Shown: piece after piece, positions 40,608 through 55,503 of the stretch
Position numbering within the stretch: position 1 is the first letter of the stretch
Layout of the letters: each line of letters begins with the position of its first letter
Origin: Camelus ferus
Lineage: Eukaryota
Reading direction: 5' to 3'
Length of the DNA stretch: 64,000 nucleotides
NCBI RefSeq assembly: GCF_009834535.1
Contig: NC_045697.1
Coordinates: forward strand, 105,340,001-105,404,000
Position numbers and translations under genes: made by a program
The notes under the pieces: model-generated
What the model was told of the DNA's origin: nothing
What the model saw: the letters and a program-made list of their open reading frames with translations, nothing else
Database searches by the model: none

Positions 40608-43600
40608 CGCTCGGCGGAGCGAGCCGCGAAAGGGGCCGAGCGCTAGGACCCCTCCCCCCTCCGCTCGCCCAGCGCCGCACGCCCCCGCGCCGCCCCGCGC
40701 GCCCCCGAGCCCTCCCGCCGCCGGGGCAGACACCTACGCAGATGCGAAAGTGAAAGGGGGGCGACCCAGGCTGCAGGGCGACCGGCGGCGCACGGGCGCG
40801 CGGCGGGGGGCGGAGGGCGGAGGATGGAGCTGTGACCCGCGATCCCGGGATTCTCCGGCTCCGGCTGCCCTGCGGAGCCGCCTGCGCTTCCTGGCTCCCC
40901 AGCTCCGGAGTCCCACGTCCTCCCCCCAGCAGCCACACAGATCACCCCCATCAGGGCATATGTGTGCGTGTTCACGAGCACTCACGTGTGTGAGAGAGAC
41001 GCTCCAGCCCCAGACTTCTACCTCCCCATTACACTTACCCTTAGTGGAGGATTTTGGTGGGGGGATGCATCACTACCACTTCAAGGTTCCCCAGCTTGTT
41101 GTCCTTTAGGACTCAGTTAAACACCACGAATTGACCACACGCCCCCCTTTCCCGGTTTAACGCTCCTTTTCCTACAGACTCTAATGACCCCACCCCGCCC
41201 CCGGCCCCCTGCCCTTTGCTGAGTTCTTTGCCGTTTTCTTCCTAAATAACTGTGAAAGTTGTTAATCCCTTCCCATACAAGACCGTGTTAAACACGGAGC
41301 TGCCCTGTTAAAACAATCACTGCCTCTCTTTAACCGCATTCCCACTGTCCGAGTCTCCGGCTTCCCTTTATGTCTGTCCCCCACGCAGTGTTGGCACGAC
41401 CCTGTTATTGCATGGCTCAAGGTGGCATTTGGCCTCCAGCAAAACAACCTTTTGCCTGTTTCCTTATTTGCAGGGAATGTGAAGTTCTTAAGGTATTATG
41501 TTTTCGGTGAAATCAAGAAAATAATAATTAAATAATAAATGTTCACAGTTAATAATTATTCGATGAACTTTAAAAAGAACCACCATTTAGAAGTGTGCTG
41601 ACTGCAAAAACTGAATTTCGAAATGCATCAAAAATGGGATGGATTGACATTTATTAATGAGTTGATAAAATGGACAAAAGGATGGACAGTTATGTGATTA
41701 AAGCAATGTAAGTGGTACAATATTAGTGGTAGAATCTAGGTGGTGGGTGTACAGGTGTTCACTGTAAAATTAAACTATTTTGTATGTTTCACATTTTTCG
41801 TTATGTTAGAGAAAAAGTGTTCTCATTTAATGTAACATATAATGTAAATTCAGTTTACAAAATTGATAAATTAGGCATTGATTATTCCTTTCCCCTTTAC
41901 AAAACAATTTTCTTTACCCAGTCTTTACCCAGATACTTTACCACTAATCAGTAATTTCCATTACAGACAACTTGTCAGGAATCAGACAAGTGGGGTTATT
42001 ATAACTGCAATATTTTAGACATCTAGATTCCTTCCTGTGTCTTCTCTTGTCCAATCTCAAATTTTAATTTTCCATGCTTTAAAAGAGTTTGGTATTATAA
42101 AACTAAGATTGAGTTTTAAGCATTTATAGATACTCTTTTGACAGTTTTCCACACCAAAATAGCTTGAGGGGGGAGGTCCACATGCCTGTATATATCAGCT
42201 TCCTCTCATCCTTCGACAGAAATGTTTGAGATCTTGCCGTTACTAATAGGCAAACCTTTATTTTTGGAAATCTGTGTATTTGGGTATTTGCCCAAACGTT
42301 TGAACAATTAAGTTTCCCTCTTCTCTTTATTTTCTTTTGCTGGCTGTAAGAGGTGGTCTTGTGCCACCCTAGAAGGAAAACAGCTCCAGGATAAGATCTA
42401 TGATTCCCTTATCCGAAGAGAAAGTGGCACTGATTTTGCTGGGAATCACCCCACAAGTGATGTCTCTGAAAGACTCCATCAAAGATGGAGATGCAGGTTT
42501 TTCTGGTTGTTCAGAATACTCTTCGTTCCAATGCCCATTAATAAAGAGCTCTATCAACCTTAAAAATGTATGCCTCTAAATGTCGTTACTTGCTTACTTT
42601 TTAAGCTGTCTCTTAACAAACTTTGTTCTTTTCATCCTTTTGGATATTTTTTTTCTTTGCAAAAGGATGGAAATGTATTTTTAAGAAAAACAAAAATTAA
42701 GAAAGGCAAAGTACAGAATGGGACCTCAACTTCATCTCCAAATAGTTGGAGACTATTTACAGCTGCCAAATAGTCTTAAACCTTGTAGCCGCATCCGATA
42801 CCTCCCTTTTGACAATTGTTCACCCTCCTTCCACAGTCGCTGTACCTCAGGACACCTCCTCCCCTCATCCTATTAGTGTCAAACTCCCTGAGGTTTGCTA
42901 CTGTAAAGTGCACGACTCAGCGTTTGCAATTTACATGTGTGACATCACATCCTCTATTATATAACTTCAGATACAAAGCCTAATACCATCTAAGTTTGTG
43001 TTGGAAAAAATCCTCCCTTGCTCTTTATTTCAGTTTTAGCAGGGCTACCCCTTAGTTCTCTGATCCTAATCCCAGTTCTTCAAACAGCTGACACTGAGGG
43101 AGAGAAAAAAAAACATGGAGTTATTTAAACCATGAAATTATAAGCAACTCCTCCCCACCAATTGAATATATTTTGAAATGTATTACATACCTCTCCTTTA
43201 TATCTTTAATTTCTGACCGCAAAGTAAAGCCCATTAGGTATCAAATAATTTAATTGTATTCAATCATTTTAAAAAGTTAAAGGCTAAGCATTTGGTCATA
43301 GTTAACTTCATTAATAAGCCTAGCCATGCTGGCACTTTTTTTTTTTTTCTTTCTAAAAAGCTGGGCTTTTTTTTTTTTTTTTCCCCCTGTCTCTTACCAG
43401 CTGTTGGAAAGAGTTGAGAAAGACAAGAGAGAATCAGAGAGAGAAAGGAGGGGGTTGTTAGAGAGAGAAGATGAATAGGAGAAAAATAGAAGATAGAACT
43501 TCTTTGTTTATTGCAAAACACACATGTTACAGTTTATAAACATTGCAAGCAAATAAGAAATTGTGGACCAGAAGAGAAATACAAAATGTATCAGAGTTTT

Positions 43601-46600
43601 CGTTTATATCCCAAATAGACCAAATTCAATTTTCTGGACTACTTGGCATATTTTCATTAGCTTTGGTTATTCATTAATTTCCATGTTTGTTTACCTAACT
43701 ATTTATTCATCTGTCTACCTTAATTTCATTTGTAGTCATTTTAAATAGAAAACACACCAACCTAATACAGTTCTATGACCAGATTTTGAGATGACAGAGC
43801 ACCAAACAGCACATGCATCACAATTAGTATGCCATATTATTAGAAGCAAATCAGATTTCACTGTGCCTACACTGATGTTCTAAATTTAGAAATAATGTAC
43901 AGTCGTTGAAAAGGGGAGGGGGAGGAACTTAGAGCAGGATATTTTAATAAAAAATAAAGATATTTGCAATTTCTTCTCTTCTCTCCTCTTTTTCTTGGTT
44001 TAGTGCAGGAAATCCATCACCTCTAAATAACTGTTCTAACCTTACATAAATAACTGCATGGTTTGCGTGCTCATTAGAATTATGCATCTAGGCTGTTTCT
44101 CTGATATTATGTGCAATAACAACCGCAGAAAAGTGAAACAATCCAGTGGGTCAGGTGTGGGAAATGAGTCTGTGTTGAACTTGATGAAAAACTCATTTAG
44201 AATTTCTCATTAGGACTTCACAGGAGCAGTTAGCTTTTCAGTAGTTGGCGCTATATTTTTAGCAGCATTTTAACAGCTGTCAGTAACAACTAAGACAACA
44301 TTTTGATCAACACTGTTTTTTTTTTTATTCTAACAAAGATGACTGCAAAGAAACAAAATGCTTGAGGGTTTAAATGTTTAGCTCTGAAAACAAAAACAAA
44401 AAAAAAAGATACTTTCTTGTGGACATAGAATGTTAAGAATGCATCAAGGGTGGGTGAAAAGGTATCCGCATAAACTGAGGCCAAATGAACTTTTAAGTTT
44501 GAATTTTCTGATGCCTAAGTACACGTAATAAAAATGATTTTATTCTTAAAAGATGTGTTCGGTGTCAGAAACAGACACGTCAGAATAAGAGAATGCTCAG
44601 TGTATCTTGTCATATATTTGCAAGTAGGTCAAGAATAGCCATGTGGGCACCAAAATGAAGAAAATCTTTTCCCTAACACCAGCTTTTATAAAGGGAGGTT
44701 ATCACATGTCAGATATACGACACTGGAAATAGCAGACAGAAAAAAATGTAAGAAGCTTCATGACAGATGTCATCTTTATTCCTAAAGATAGAGGTAAATT
44801 TGCTGTGGGTTAAGGCATTACAAAGCAAACTAAAACTAATCTCTGCAGGTGTCATATTTCCCTTTCACCTGCAGTCTCCCCCAATTGAGTGATTTTTGTT
44901 CTAAGGGAGGTAATGGTGTATTATTAAAGCAGCCTACTGAGTCATCCTATTCAGAGGTCATCAGCTCATTTCGAGGACCTAATCCAAGTTTTGAGTTTGT
45001 CCCAGCTAAGGCAGCTGAGTATTTCCCACCTCATCTAGCTGGCACAGTGGGGGAATTAATGCATTCTTTTTATCAAATGATATTTTTATTACACTGCATT
45101 TATTATTTTTTTCTAATCCTTTTGGAGGCACTGATTTATTAGCTCTTTCAATATGAAGCATTTTTTGTTGCTTGGTATGACTTTCTTCAACAGACACGTG
45201 CAAGTTTTGTAAAAACTGAGGGAGATATCCTTTCTTCTTTTCCAGCACAAACCCCTGCCAGATGCAAATCTTTTGGAGTTGATAGTTTTTCACAGGGCAT
45301 TACATGGTTGTCTTAGTGCAGAAATTTTGGGCATTAAATATCTCTGTGTAAAAATGAAACATGTAAACACCTTCTATATGGAAGGTATATGCCACATCAA
45401 TTATTAATATTTAAGCCACAATCTATTTTTAAGTCTTAGTGCTAATTATAGTTAGATTTTAATATTTTATCAAAACAAGTAGACATTTAAACTAGTTCAT
45501 TGTTTAAAAAAAAAAAAGCATTTTAATGACTTTCACCATGAATGTACTGGAACCGCATGCTCTAAGTAGAAGCTGGGTAGACTTAACAATGCCACTGTAT
45601 GACAGTACAGGTGGCTTGCTTGTATAAAGGACCAAATAAGCACCTAAGTCATGTCTTTGGATTCTTCTAATGCATTTATAAGTGTAACTTTTGCTTTGTT
45701 GTTTTGATTTAATACAAAAGCACCTATTTTCACAATAATTATATATCTCAAGAGAAAAAATTTCCAGGAAAATTATTTTTGTAACTACATCAATTCAATA
45801 TATACTATTACCCCATTCATTTATAAATTACGTTGCATTTATTTCCAATTTGAATACCACATGAATTGCAGTTTTGTTTGAAAATATATTTTTTAAATTA
45901 CCTTTATTTGTAAATGCATTTTCTTACTGTTACAATTGTTATATTGTTTATAGTTATTATTGTTATAATTCAAAAAAACTGCCAAAGAACAAAATGCAAC
46001 ATCATATACACCTATCTTTTTATCCAGTCTGTGTTACTTCCATGGCACCAAATGGTTATAATACTAGACCACAACTACTAGTATGTTAATAAGCAAGCTA
46101 TGGATCCAATAGCTAAATCAAGATTATTAATCACAGCAAATACAGTCACTGAGAAATTCAAGCAAACACTAACTTCTACAGATAATTCATAAAGCCCAAG
46201 GTTAAAGGAGCCCCAAGTCTCAATCTCCTTGAATGAAAAGTCTGAGCAGTAACTTTCAGCCTATAGCTGTATCTCACTACCCCTTTTCATAAAACCAAAT
46301 CAAACAGTACAGTAGAATTAGCTTGCATGGCTTTGAACCCTGACTCCATCACCTACTAACCATATGACCCAGGGCAAATTACTTAATCTTTCTAAATTTA
46401 AGCCTTGACATTTGTAAAATGAGACAATTGATAGCACAACAGGATAGGTACTTAGCACAGTACCAGGCTCTAGTTAAGTGCTCTCCAAAAATGTTATATA
46501 TCTACCTCCAGAGACTTGTCATAGAAAATCAGGATTGATTCATTTGAGGTTTCAAGACCTTGCCTCCAACTCAAAGGGTTTTTGAAATCTGTCCACAAAC

Positions 46601-46658
46601 AGAGCCTCACTAGAGGTCTTCAAGCACTTCAGACTACTAAGAATTCTCTTCCCTAGAA

Positions 46659-46837
46659 CAGTGATTCTCAGATTTTACCCTGCATCACCTGGAGAGCCTG
46701 TTAAACAATTACTAGCCCCACTCTTAGAGTTTCCCATTCAGTAGGTAGGGGGTGGGGCCTAGGAATCTGCATTTCTAACAAGCTCCCAGGTGGATGCTGA
46801 TACTGGTGCTCTGGGGACCACTCTTTGAGAACAACTG
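46659..46837. mobile_element. MER5A hAT element
   Basis: Termini cagtgattctca...tgagaacaactg, internal 'aatctgcatttctaacaagctcccagg', and an 8-bp TSD-like pair ccctagaa / ccctggag. Confidence 0.85.
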
Positions 46838-48784
46838 CCCTGGAGTCTAGTACAAGAAGCAATTGCCCGCAGGCTGCTCACTCTGCAAGGTTTAAGTTAT
46901 TGCTGACAGCTGCTGATGAGGGTAGGTGGGAGGAAGGGATGAGAAGCACAAAGTAGGAGACTGAAGAAAGGAAGTGTCAGGTAGTGACCCGAAGGGAGGT
47001 GGGCCTTCACAATCGCATAGTCGTTGGAATAATGAGTCTAGCTAGCCGCTGTGGAGTGAGGACTCTCTCTTTCACTGCACAGCCCTCGGACTATATGTTG
47101 ATTTTTCATGACCTCTTGATTCTTCCCCTGAATCAGTATTTGGAAAGTACTTTACCATGTTCAGGCTCCTATTTGTTTGCTATCGTATTATCTTAAGGCA
47201 CTGACTTTGGTTTATTTGGGGGAGGGGGAAGACTGAGAATTGGAAAACCACATTCCTTCAGTTACCTTTGCATGTAGTTTCACTGTGGTCAAGTCCAGAG
47301 CACTTTTCTCCCTCTGTCCTGAGTGTGTCATGAAGATGACCCCATTAGTCTCAAGTTAGGTTTTAATCGATGCATTTCCCCCCCCCCCCAGGTTTTATCT
47401 AATTAGAAGGGAATATTAGATCAATTGGACATGATGAGCCTCTGACAAAGCCATAGTGGTCATTCCTAGTTCTTAACCAATTATCTTGTGAGGATATCTC
47501 CAATACTTTTGTCAGAAATCCAGGCCTATTTACTTCCATAACAGTTTCACCCCTTCATTAAGAAATTATATTGACATTGTAAGATTTTACTTCCTTAAGA
47601 AGGAAGAAATTCAACCAAGATGGATGAAATCTCTGTATTTAGAGAGATGGACCTGGAGAATAATCAAGGAAAGCTGACAGAAATAACATAAAGCTGCATT
47701 TCTAGTGTTACATAACCTTGACCTGGAGTGAGATTAGAAAGGGGAAAGAATATCCTACTTGGAGGAAACTTGGTGTTACACTTGGCAGTAGACCCTGATT
47801 GGAGCATTTTGTCTTCCACAGGTCATGGGAACAGTTCAGAAGGAAAGACAAACATCATTAACAATTTTTGAAAGTAGGAGACACAGGAGAAAACCAAAGT
47901 AAGTAGATTTTCTTAACCTGGTAAACAGTGACATCATACAAAATTAATCATAAAAAGTCAGGTAGCCCATTGAGTTCATTTTATTTTTTGCTAGTGTGAA
48001 AATCACTTAGAGGTTTTGACTGCTTTTTTTTTTAATATAGTTACATTAATATTTAATTATCATATTATAAGGCATAATATATTTTCTAAGTTTATAAATG
48101 TTTCATTAAATATTTCAAGCATACCAAAAAATAATCTCAGTCTTCAGTATAGTCATCACCCTCATATTATGAGGTGGGAACATTTTGTCATATTTGCTGC
48201 GGAAATATAAAAACGTGCATGGGAGTAATGTGTTCCTATTTCTTCGTAGGGGTTACTGTTGGAGAGGGAGGGAGACAAAAAGTATAGGAGGTAATCGTTC
48301 ATCACCTGGGGCCTTCACTTCCATTGTTATAAGCCCTGAGTATTGTATTCTCTGCCCCAGGTTTTAGGAGGAGGGAATTAGTTCTTAACATATCCAAACA
48401 ACACTCAAAGAGGGACTGGTGGATAATCCCAGCTCTCGGTTTCAGTTGAAGGCAGGGATTTAAAAGTCAAACTGTTCTCTCTGAGAACCTCAAGAATGAA
48501 GATGAGAACCGCTCACCTAGGAGACTACAGATCCTTGGAAAGGAACAATTCACATTCAGTTCATTTCAACAGTACTGCATTTTGGGTCACTTTTCAATCG
48601 TCTTTCTTCCTAGCCCAATCAATTCTAATAGCCTTTTACTCAATGAAATTCAGGGATGATATATATCATCACATGCTGATCTTCAGTCATTACCAAAACT
48701 ATTCTGATTGGTCGGCCCATGTTTGAATGGCTAAGTATTTTGACTCTAATCCTAGAGAAAAGTGTTCAGTCCAATTTGAACAGG

Positions 48785-49135
48785 TGTCCTTGTCTATTGG
48801 GACTCCTATAACAAAATGCCACAGGCTGGGTAGTTTATAAACAGCAGAAATTTCTGTCTCAGAGTTCTAGAAACTGGATGGCCAAGGTCAGGGTGCCAGT
48901 ATGGTTGACTGAGGACTCTCTTCCAGGCCAGACTTCTCATTGCATCCTCACATGGTGGAAAGGGCCCGGGAGCTCTGTGGAGACATTTTTTTTTATAAGG
49001 GTATTAATCCATTCGTGAGGACTCTGCCCTCATGACTTAATCATCTTCCAAAGGCCCCCTTCCTAATGCCATCACCTTGGGGTGGGAGCTTCAACATATG
49101 AATTTAGGGGGAAAGAAACATTCAGACTATGGCGC
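48785..49135. mobile_element. MaLR solo LTR (MLT1A-like)
   Basis: 'ctataacaaaatgccacaggctgggtag...ccctcatgacttaatcatcttccaaaggcccc...ttcaacatatgaatttagggg...aacattcagactat'. Confidence 0.82.
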
Positions 49136-49238
49136 AGGGCTTAGGAATTCAGCATTTAACCACTATTTGGTTCAGTTTCTTTGGTGATACATTGACCTTT
49201 AACCTAGAAATAATCTTCAGGTATTTCATATACTCTGA

Positions 49239-49640
49239 TGTATTAGTCAGGTACAGAGGAAGCTCCTCTACAAAGACACTCCCAAAATACAGTGGCTCAA
49301 ATAAGAAAGGAGTTTAATTCAATTTCACATGAAATCTAGAAAAAATGAGTGTAATCCAGGGTAGAGACGTGGTTCTGCTGTGTGAGCCCTTCAGGAACCC
49401 ATGACCCTCATTGCTCCCAATTCTACAGAGTGCTGTCCTCATCTGTAAGGTGGAGGCTGCGTCACCAGTAGCACATCCATGGTTTTCTATTCAAAAGCAA
49501 AAAACTTTGACAGAAAATTTGCACATATCACTTTTGTTTGTGTCTCATTAGCCAGAGCAATTTTCAAGAAAGGTTGACTGGCCATGTGCCCTGGATTTCT
49601 GCTACTACAAGGAAGGAGGGGCAAAGACTGTTAACTGTCC
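49239..49640. mobile_element. Older MaLR LTR (MLT1-type)
   Basis: 'tgtattagtcagg...cccaaaatacagtggctcaaataag'. Confidence 0.55.
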
Positions 49641-50120
49641 CCTGTGTTTATTTGCCCCTCCTTCCTTCCTCAGAGATGACCAGCTCCACTGAACAGAATA
49701 GAAAATGAAGGTAAAATAGTGGCACAAAGATCTAAGGTTATGGCTGAGGAGGGGTGTGAGAAATGATGAGTGCGGTCAGGGGCTGGGATGTAGATGCTGG
49801 GATGAGCTTCTACACTCTCAAAAACAAGAGGACCATGTTTGCAATCAATCAAGATAGTAGAATTGGGTAACTGAAAATTCTAGTAAAGATGGGCTAATCT
49901 TTCACTGAGCCACATGGTAAGTTTGCAGAACAAGCTAGATTCAATTAATGATTTTTAAAGTGGAAAGAAACATATCCAATACAAGCCAATCTCCTTCCCC
50001 AAAATCACTGAAATTTAACAAGAATTTCAGGTATCTGAGATATACCAGTGGAGTTTGAAATGCAAGTAATACTATTCCACGAAAAGTCAAAAATGCTCAG
50101 AGTTTAACCTGTGCCCGACA

Positions 50121-50157
50121 CAGAGAGAGAGCGAGAGACAGAGCGAGAGAGAGAGAG
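50121..50157. repeat. Imperfect (GA)n repeat
   Basis: cagagagagagcgagagacagagcgagagagagagag. Confidence 0.85.
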
Positions 50158-51019
50158 CTAGTACGTGGTCTTCAGTGTGTACATTAGCACAGGGGGGCGT
50201 GTGGGAGATCTTGGTCTCCTTTAGCATTATGGGCAGGACTGATGTTCAGTCGGTCAGCACCAGGACAGCTGGATTCGGCTTTCAGCCCTACCTCCTTCTG
50301 ATTGACTGATACCCAGGCCCAACTGGTCAGCAAACATGATCAACGTTGTCCCTGTTTTCAGGGGCTTTTCAAAATTCCCTTGAGAGATGTTCAGACCACA
50401 AAGGGTCAAGGAAGAAGGATTCGGGAGAAAAAAGTATTAGTTTCTTCTCTCCAGTCTACAACATCTCTGCCTATGGAATAGATAAAATGCAGAAAGAAAA
50501 AGACAGCACCCAGACTGATGTGTAAACTTCTCTTTAAGTGTGGGGGTGGTCTGCAGAGAGCATACATTTTGCCATTTTGATTCATATACTGTTCAGAATT
50601 TACTGGCCTGCCTGGAATTTTGATGAAGAATTTCAGATTTCCCATACATTCCAGCTGCCATGTATCTCCTCTATTCACAGATTACGGAATGTTGAGACAG
50701 ATTACAAAGGACATTGTGAACTTCCTACTCTGGAGGGATTTAAAAGTAGGATTTCCTCTGATCTGGAATGGCAAAGGTGGGGCTCCCATAAGCTGGGTGA
50801 TGGAGTAAGGTATCCATCGGTTTGTGTAGCCTTTCAAATAATTACTTTGCAAAGAGGAAATGAGATCAGGAAGAAAGTCCAATCTAGCCTGATGAATCAG
50901 TGGGTGATAAAGTACACTGGAACTTTGACATCCAGCCTTTTACATTTTCTTTTGAAAAGTTGCCTCTAAGTCATAAACCAGGTATCACATAAAAGAGGAA
51001 ACCCAGCAGTGTTTGTCTT

Positions 51020-51245
51020 TCAGAGTGGTAATAAAGTATAAAGGTTAAAAGCGTAGACTCTGGAGCCAGACTCAGCCTGGGTTTGGATCCCAGCACTGCC
51101 TCACAGTAGCCATGGGACTATGGGTAAATTACGTAAACTCTCAGCCTCAGTTTCATCACCTATGAAATGAGAAAATACAATTGATCCCATATGGTTGTTG
51201 CAGAAATTAATAACCTGTACAATGACTGGTGTATAGTAAACAATG
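51020..51245. mobile_element. MIR
   Basis: 'gactctggagccagact...cctgggtttggatcccagc...gcctcagtttcatcacctatgaaatgag'. Confidence 0.82.
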
Positions 51246-54169
51246 AATATTATGATATTTTTTCATGCCCTTAGTCCTAAACCATTTACTCCTACTCATT
51301 CTTCTGTCCATATTCTTTCCTGGTCTCCATGCTTGGCTTCTGACCTTATTGGATCACTTCCTTTTTGGTATTTTTCCTTCCTGGGCTATTTGCTATTCAG
51401 AACTATCTGCCCGACTTCCTGCCACTAACATTCAGGAACAATTTCTTCTGATTTTCTAGCCTCCCATCGCAAAACATGCTCCTCTTGTGGCACAATCCCA
51501 TTCCTCCTGTTGTAACCTCGTGTTCCATGTCATAAACCTGACTTTGAGCTGTACATAAGATTCATGGGGTCTTTTTGCTACTTGAAGAAATAAATTCCCT
51601 TAAATGGTGTGGGAGAGACAATGGGTTTGCCAAATTTAATTTCATTTGTCTCTTTGTGAGTGGACAGAAAGGCTACATATCTCAGCCTGCCTGGCACTGA
51701 GATTGGGTCTGTATGACTGAGTCTGCATCCTGGTGTCTTTGTGGATGTGATGTGCTCCACTGGTCGTAAAATCCCTTGAATGATTGTGCAAGTGCTCACT
51801 TTCCCGACCATGAATGCCTGGGAGGCCTCAGGTTTGGGATATTAGCATCATACAATGAAAGGAGACTGGATCCCTGAGTCACCTTGTGGAGCAAAGCTAC
51901 CAAGGACAGTTGCCTAAATGGCAGTGGACTATGATGTAAGTGATAAATAAATCTTTTTTGTGTGCACTCCATGAGATTTGGGTACTTTGCCATGATTAAT
52001 TCAGGTGATAAAGAATAGGAATATTTGTACAGAATATAAGCCTATAGTGAATAGTATTATAGTAAAGTGTGCATGTATTTGTACTAGAATGTTTCCTATA
52101 TTCAGGATTACCAAATTCATTATGGAGTTTAGCTAGCTGAGCAGAATGTTGTAGAGAAAAGAATATGGATTGTAGAATCCCACTGAACCAGATTCAAATT
52201 GTCTCAAATACATATTAATATGACTTTAATATACTCTTTCTCTGAAATCTAAATAATAGTTTCTTTTTGGTAGCACTATTGGGTAAGTCAACTAAAACTT
52301 ATTAGGTAACTTTCTTCTATCCCTGTACCCTTTTCCATACTCTAATATTTTCAATCTGGTGTTTAATTTCTGTAATTCTCCATTCTAAACTGATTTTCAT
52401 AAATGTGACTTTATAAGAGCACTAGACTAAAGTCTTAACAACATAAAGATAATATTTGGGTCTGGAGAAAGCGTCCATATCCTTAATTTGTGCCCAAATG
52501 GAAAAAAAAACCCACAAAATTTTCTGTATTGAAGATGGTACTTAGTAGAGAACAAATTTCCCTTTATTTAGTGCATTATTCAGAAAGTTCCCAAGTTAGA
52601 AAGTCTATGCTGTGCACCACAGCACAATTTAGAAAATACTGTGTTTAATTAAAATGGGAATTTCTGAAGTGACTACCATAGAATTTATCTTTCCAAACCT
52701 CAAATAAAATTTTTGACCCATGCAATATGAATGAGTTAATTTTCTTTTTCCCCATCTCATCTTAACAATCGGGAGAATAGTCTCCATTTCTAATTACTGA
52801 GGGTGGACCACTGGCAGAATGTGCATCAGTGCAGACAGAGGTAACTAGTCACCACCTATTTTCCAGCTTGTTTGCACACACACAAAGCTACTTGCACCCG
52901 CAATATAAACACAGACTTCAAAGGTACCCTGGCAAGAGCTGCCATTGTTACTTGCTGTTTAATATTTAAACAAATTGTTTAGAATTTATGGGATATTCTT
53001 GGTGGCTTCTTAAATTAAAAAAAAAAAAAACAAGCTAACACATAACTTATGAAGTTAAAAGCAGTGTGGCAAAATTTTACATTAAGTACCCCAGAAAAGA
53101 GAGTTAACAATTCAATAGACATGACATCATAAGTTTCCAGAATTTGATCCTACATTTTGCAGTAATGTCTTTAAAAGATCAATACTGCAACAAACTAAGC
53201 CCTCTGTGGCGCAGTTTCCCTTTTATAAAATGAGTAAGCTTTTCCTCTCAGTGATCAAATAGGTGTCCCTGAAATTGATGAGAGTAACCAGGTGCTCTCT
53301 CGGTCTTGCCTTTCTGATCTAAGCTCACCATTTCTTTTCTTTCCTCTTCTCACCATCCAAACCTCTAATTTCCCTTACAGCTCTATCCCAAGACCTCTTC
53401 TCCCTCCCCGCCTCTGCCCTAATGTGGAGTTGCATTTTACATAGTTTGGTTCTAAAGTCTGCGAGCAAGATGAAAAACCATACCAACTCAGAAATACCCT
53501 AGAGAAAGAAAAATCTCTTAATTCACCCTGAAAGTACAATATACGTGGCCCTTTTTATGCACACTTGAGGCTGGTATCGCATCCAACTCAGCCACTTTTT
53601 CCTCCAGCCTTGGAACAGATTGCTGTTTTCTCAGCTAAACACCTGATGAAGTAGTTGGCTTGCATTTATAGGGGCCATGTTGTAAAAAAAAAAAAAAACC
53701 CTGTATCTTTAAACACTTGAATCACACTCAGTATGGTGAGATGCTCATACTATGAGAGCGATTCAGCAACTGAGACCAACCGAAGGAACATCGGATTCAC
53801 ATCTCCCCTCCTGCGTTCCTCTGGGGCATATGCTCTAGTGGAACGTGGGACAGAATCACCCACACTATTTACATTCTTCTCTTTCTCTCTTTCTCTTTCT
53901 GGCAGGGTAAGTGGAGTTGAGTATGGATGAGAAATTTCTTTTATATATGTATTAGGAAAAAATTCTATTCAAAAGCACAAGTTTTTCTGAAAAGGGCAGC
54001 TCGTGTGAAAGGAGATTTCGGGGTCTCTGTGGCTTTTGAGTGCCATGACATGAATGGGCGCCCCCTTCAGTTTAACAGCGAGAACTGTCTCATAGCTGTG
54101 GACATACAAAGATGCGGGAGACACGGTGTCTGGGACATGGAGGCTGGAGAGAGCCGACTTGCTCTGTAT

Positions 54170-54375
54170 CATGGCTTCTCAACCTTGGCACTGTTGACAT
54201 TTTGGGTTGGATAGTTCTTTGCTGTGGGGGGCTTCCCTAGGCAATGTGGGGTGTTTAGAAGCATCGCCAGCCTCAACTCACCAGGTGCCACCCCCCGTTG
54301 TAGAAACCAAAAATGTCTCCAGACATTGCCAAATCGTCCCTGGGGAGCACAATCACCCTTGACTGAGAAACTCTG
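54170..54375. mobile_element. MER20 hAT element
   Basis: 'ttctcaaccttggcactgttgacattttggg...accaaaaatgtctccagacattgccaaat...tgagaaactctg'. TSD-like ctctgtat / ctctatac. Confidence 0.85.
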
Positions 54376-55503
54376 CTCTATACAAGAGAGTGGAAAGGGT
54401 TTGAAACCCTGGGGGGGCGGAATTCTGAATGGAAGAAGTGGAAAGGAAACATGCGTTGGGGGTGGGAGCAGCTTTCTAGATAGCGCAAGGCTGGGCGCTA
54501 GATGATGTGAAACGGCCTCTGAAAAATTTAGTCCTGGGACGTTTGAAGGCTTTAAGAAAACAGATATGTCTAAAACCCCACTTAGAGCTGTCTCCTGTTA
54601 TACGAACACCATCCCATTTCCCCAGACCTTCAGTGATGTCTACTGTGAGAGTGGTTAGGCTGTAGTCCTCAAGGAAGGGGATGAGGTCCCCAGCTGGGCG
54701 GACACAGTGTGGAACAGGGACAGCCCATGTGGGGAGGTTACTGAATTCAGAGCAAAAGGTGCCTTAGAACCAAGGTAAGCATTTTCAACGTGGATTCTGT
54801 GAAAATCTTTGGATTTCCACCAGGAGTGGGTGGTAGGTTTGAACAACTCTCTTCTGGATCTTGAGCGGCTAGGGCCTCTCTGTGGTGCTATCCGTCGTCC
54901 TCTGAGGTTTTTTGACCCGTAGGTTCCGTAGGCCACACAGAGGCACCACCAGCTCTGGTAAGGGTGGGTGTGGGAGGTAAAGGTACTCTTCTTCCCTCCC
55001 ACATCTCTTAGGGGGTTAGGATTAGGATCCGGGGCCTCCAGAAATGGGAGGTGATCACTCCTTGTTGAGAGGATGGTCTTTACTCTGTCATGGAAATCTG
55101 CCCCAGGACACTGCCAATTCTGCTTCTCCCCCATCCTCAAAATCTCACCGTCTGTTTCTGCTTCTTCATCTTACTTAGCCCTCTTACCCTGTCACGATGT
55201 CCCAGACATTTTTTCTATAAACAATTTGAGATGCAGCTCTTTGTCACCTACCTGAGGCTCCCTGACTGCTTGGGTACAGATTTGGAAGGGTTCCCCTTCT
55301 CTTGGTCCACTTCCCTTTTAGGGTCAGGTCCATCCTATCTGATTTAAACTGGGCCCCTCTACATATTCTGCTTTTTATTCCTTCTCTGTTACTGAGTCCC
55401 AAGTTGCTTCTCCCTATAGAAAGCCTTTCATTGCCATAATTTCAGGTCTTCATTTGATCCATTCCATTCTACTTCAAAATGTTGGTTCAACAATACTATT
55501 TCT

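Larger units (their letters stand above)
38750..41000. promoter_or_regulatory. CpG island, distal part (P2 / exon 1-beta)
   Basis: Very GC- and CpG-rich, with many GGGCGG boxes. Confidence 0.88.

Noticed and set aside
36820..41109. Many 100-209 aa ORFs on both strands in the CpG island
   Set aside because: Low-complexity Ala/Arg/Pro/Gly translations are expected where stop codons are scarce in GC-rich DNA; no recognisable domains.
54655..55140. 161-aa minus-strand ORF
   Set aside because: No recognisable homology or splice context; consistent with chance.
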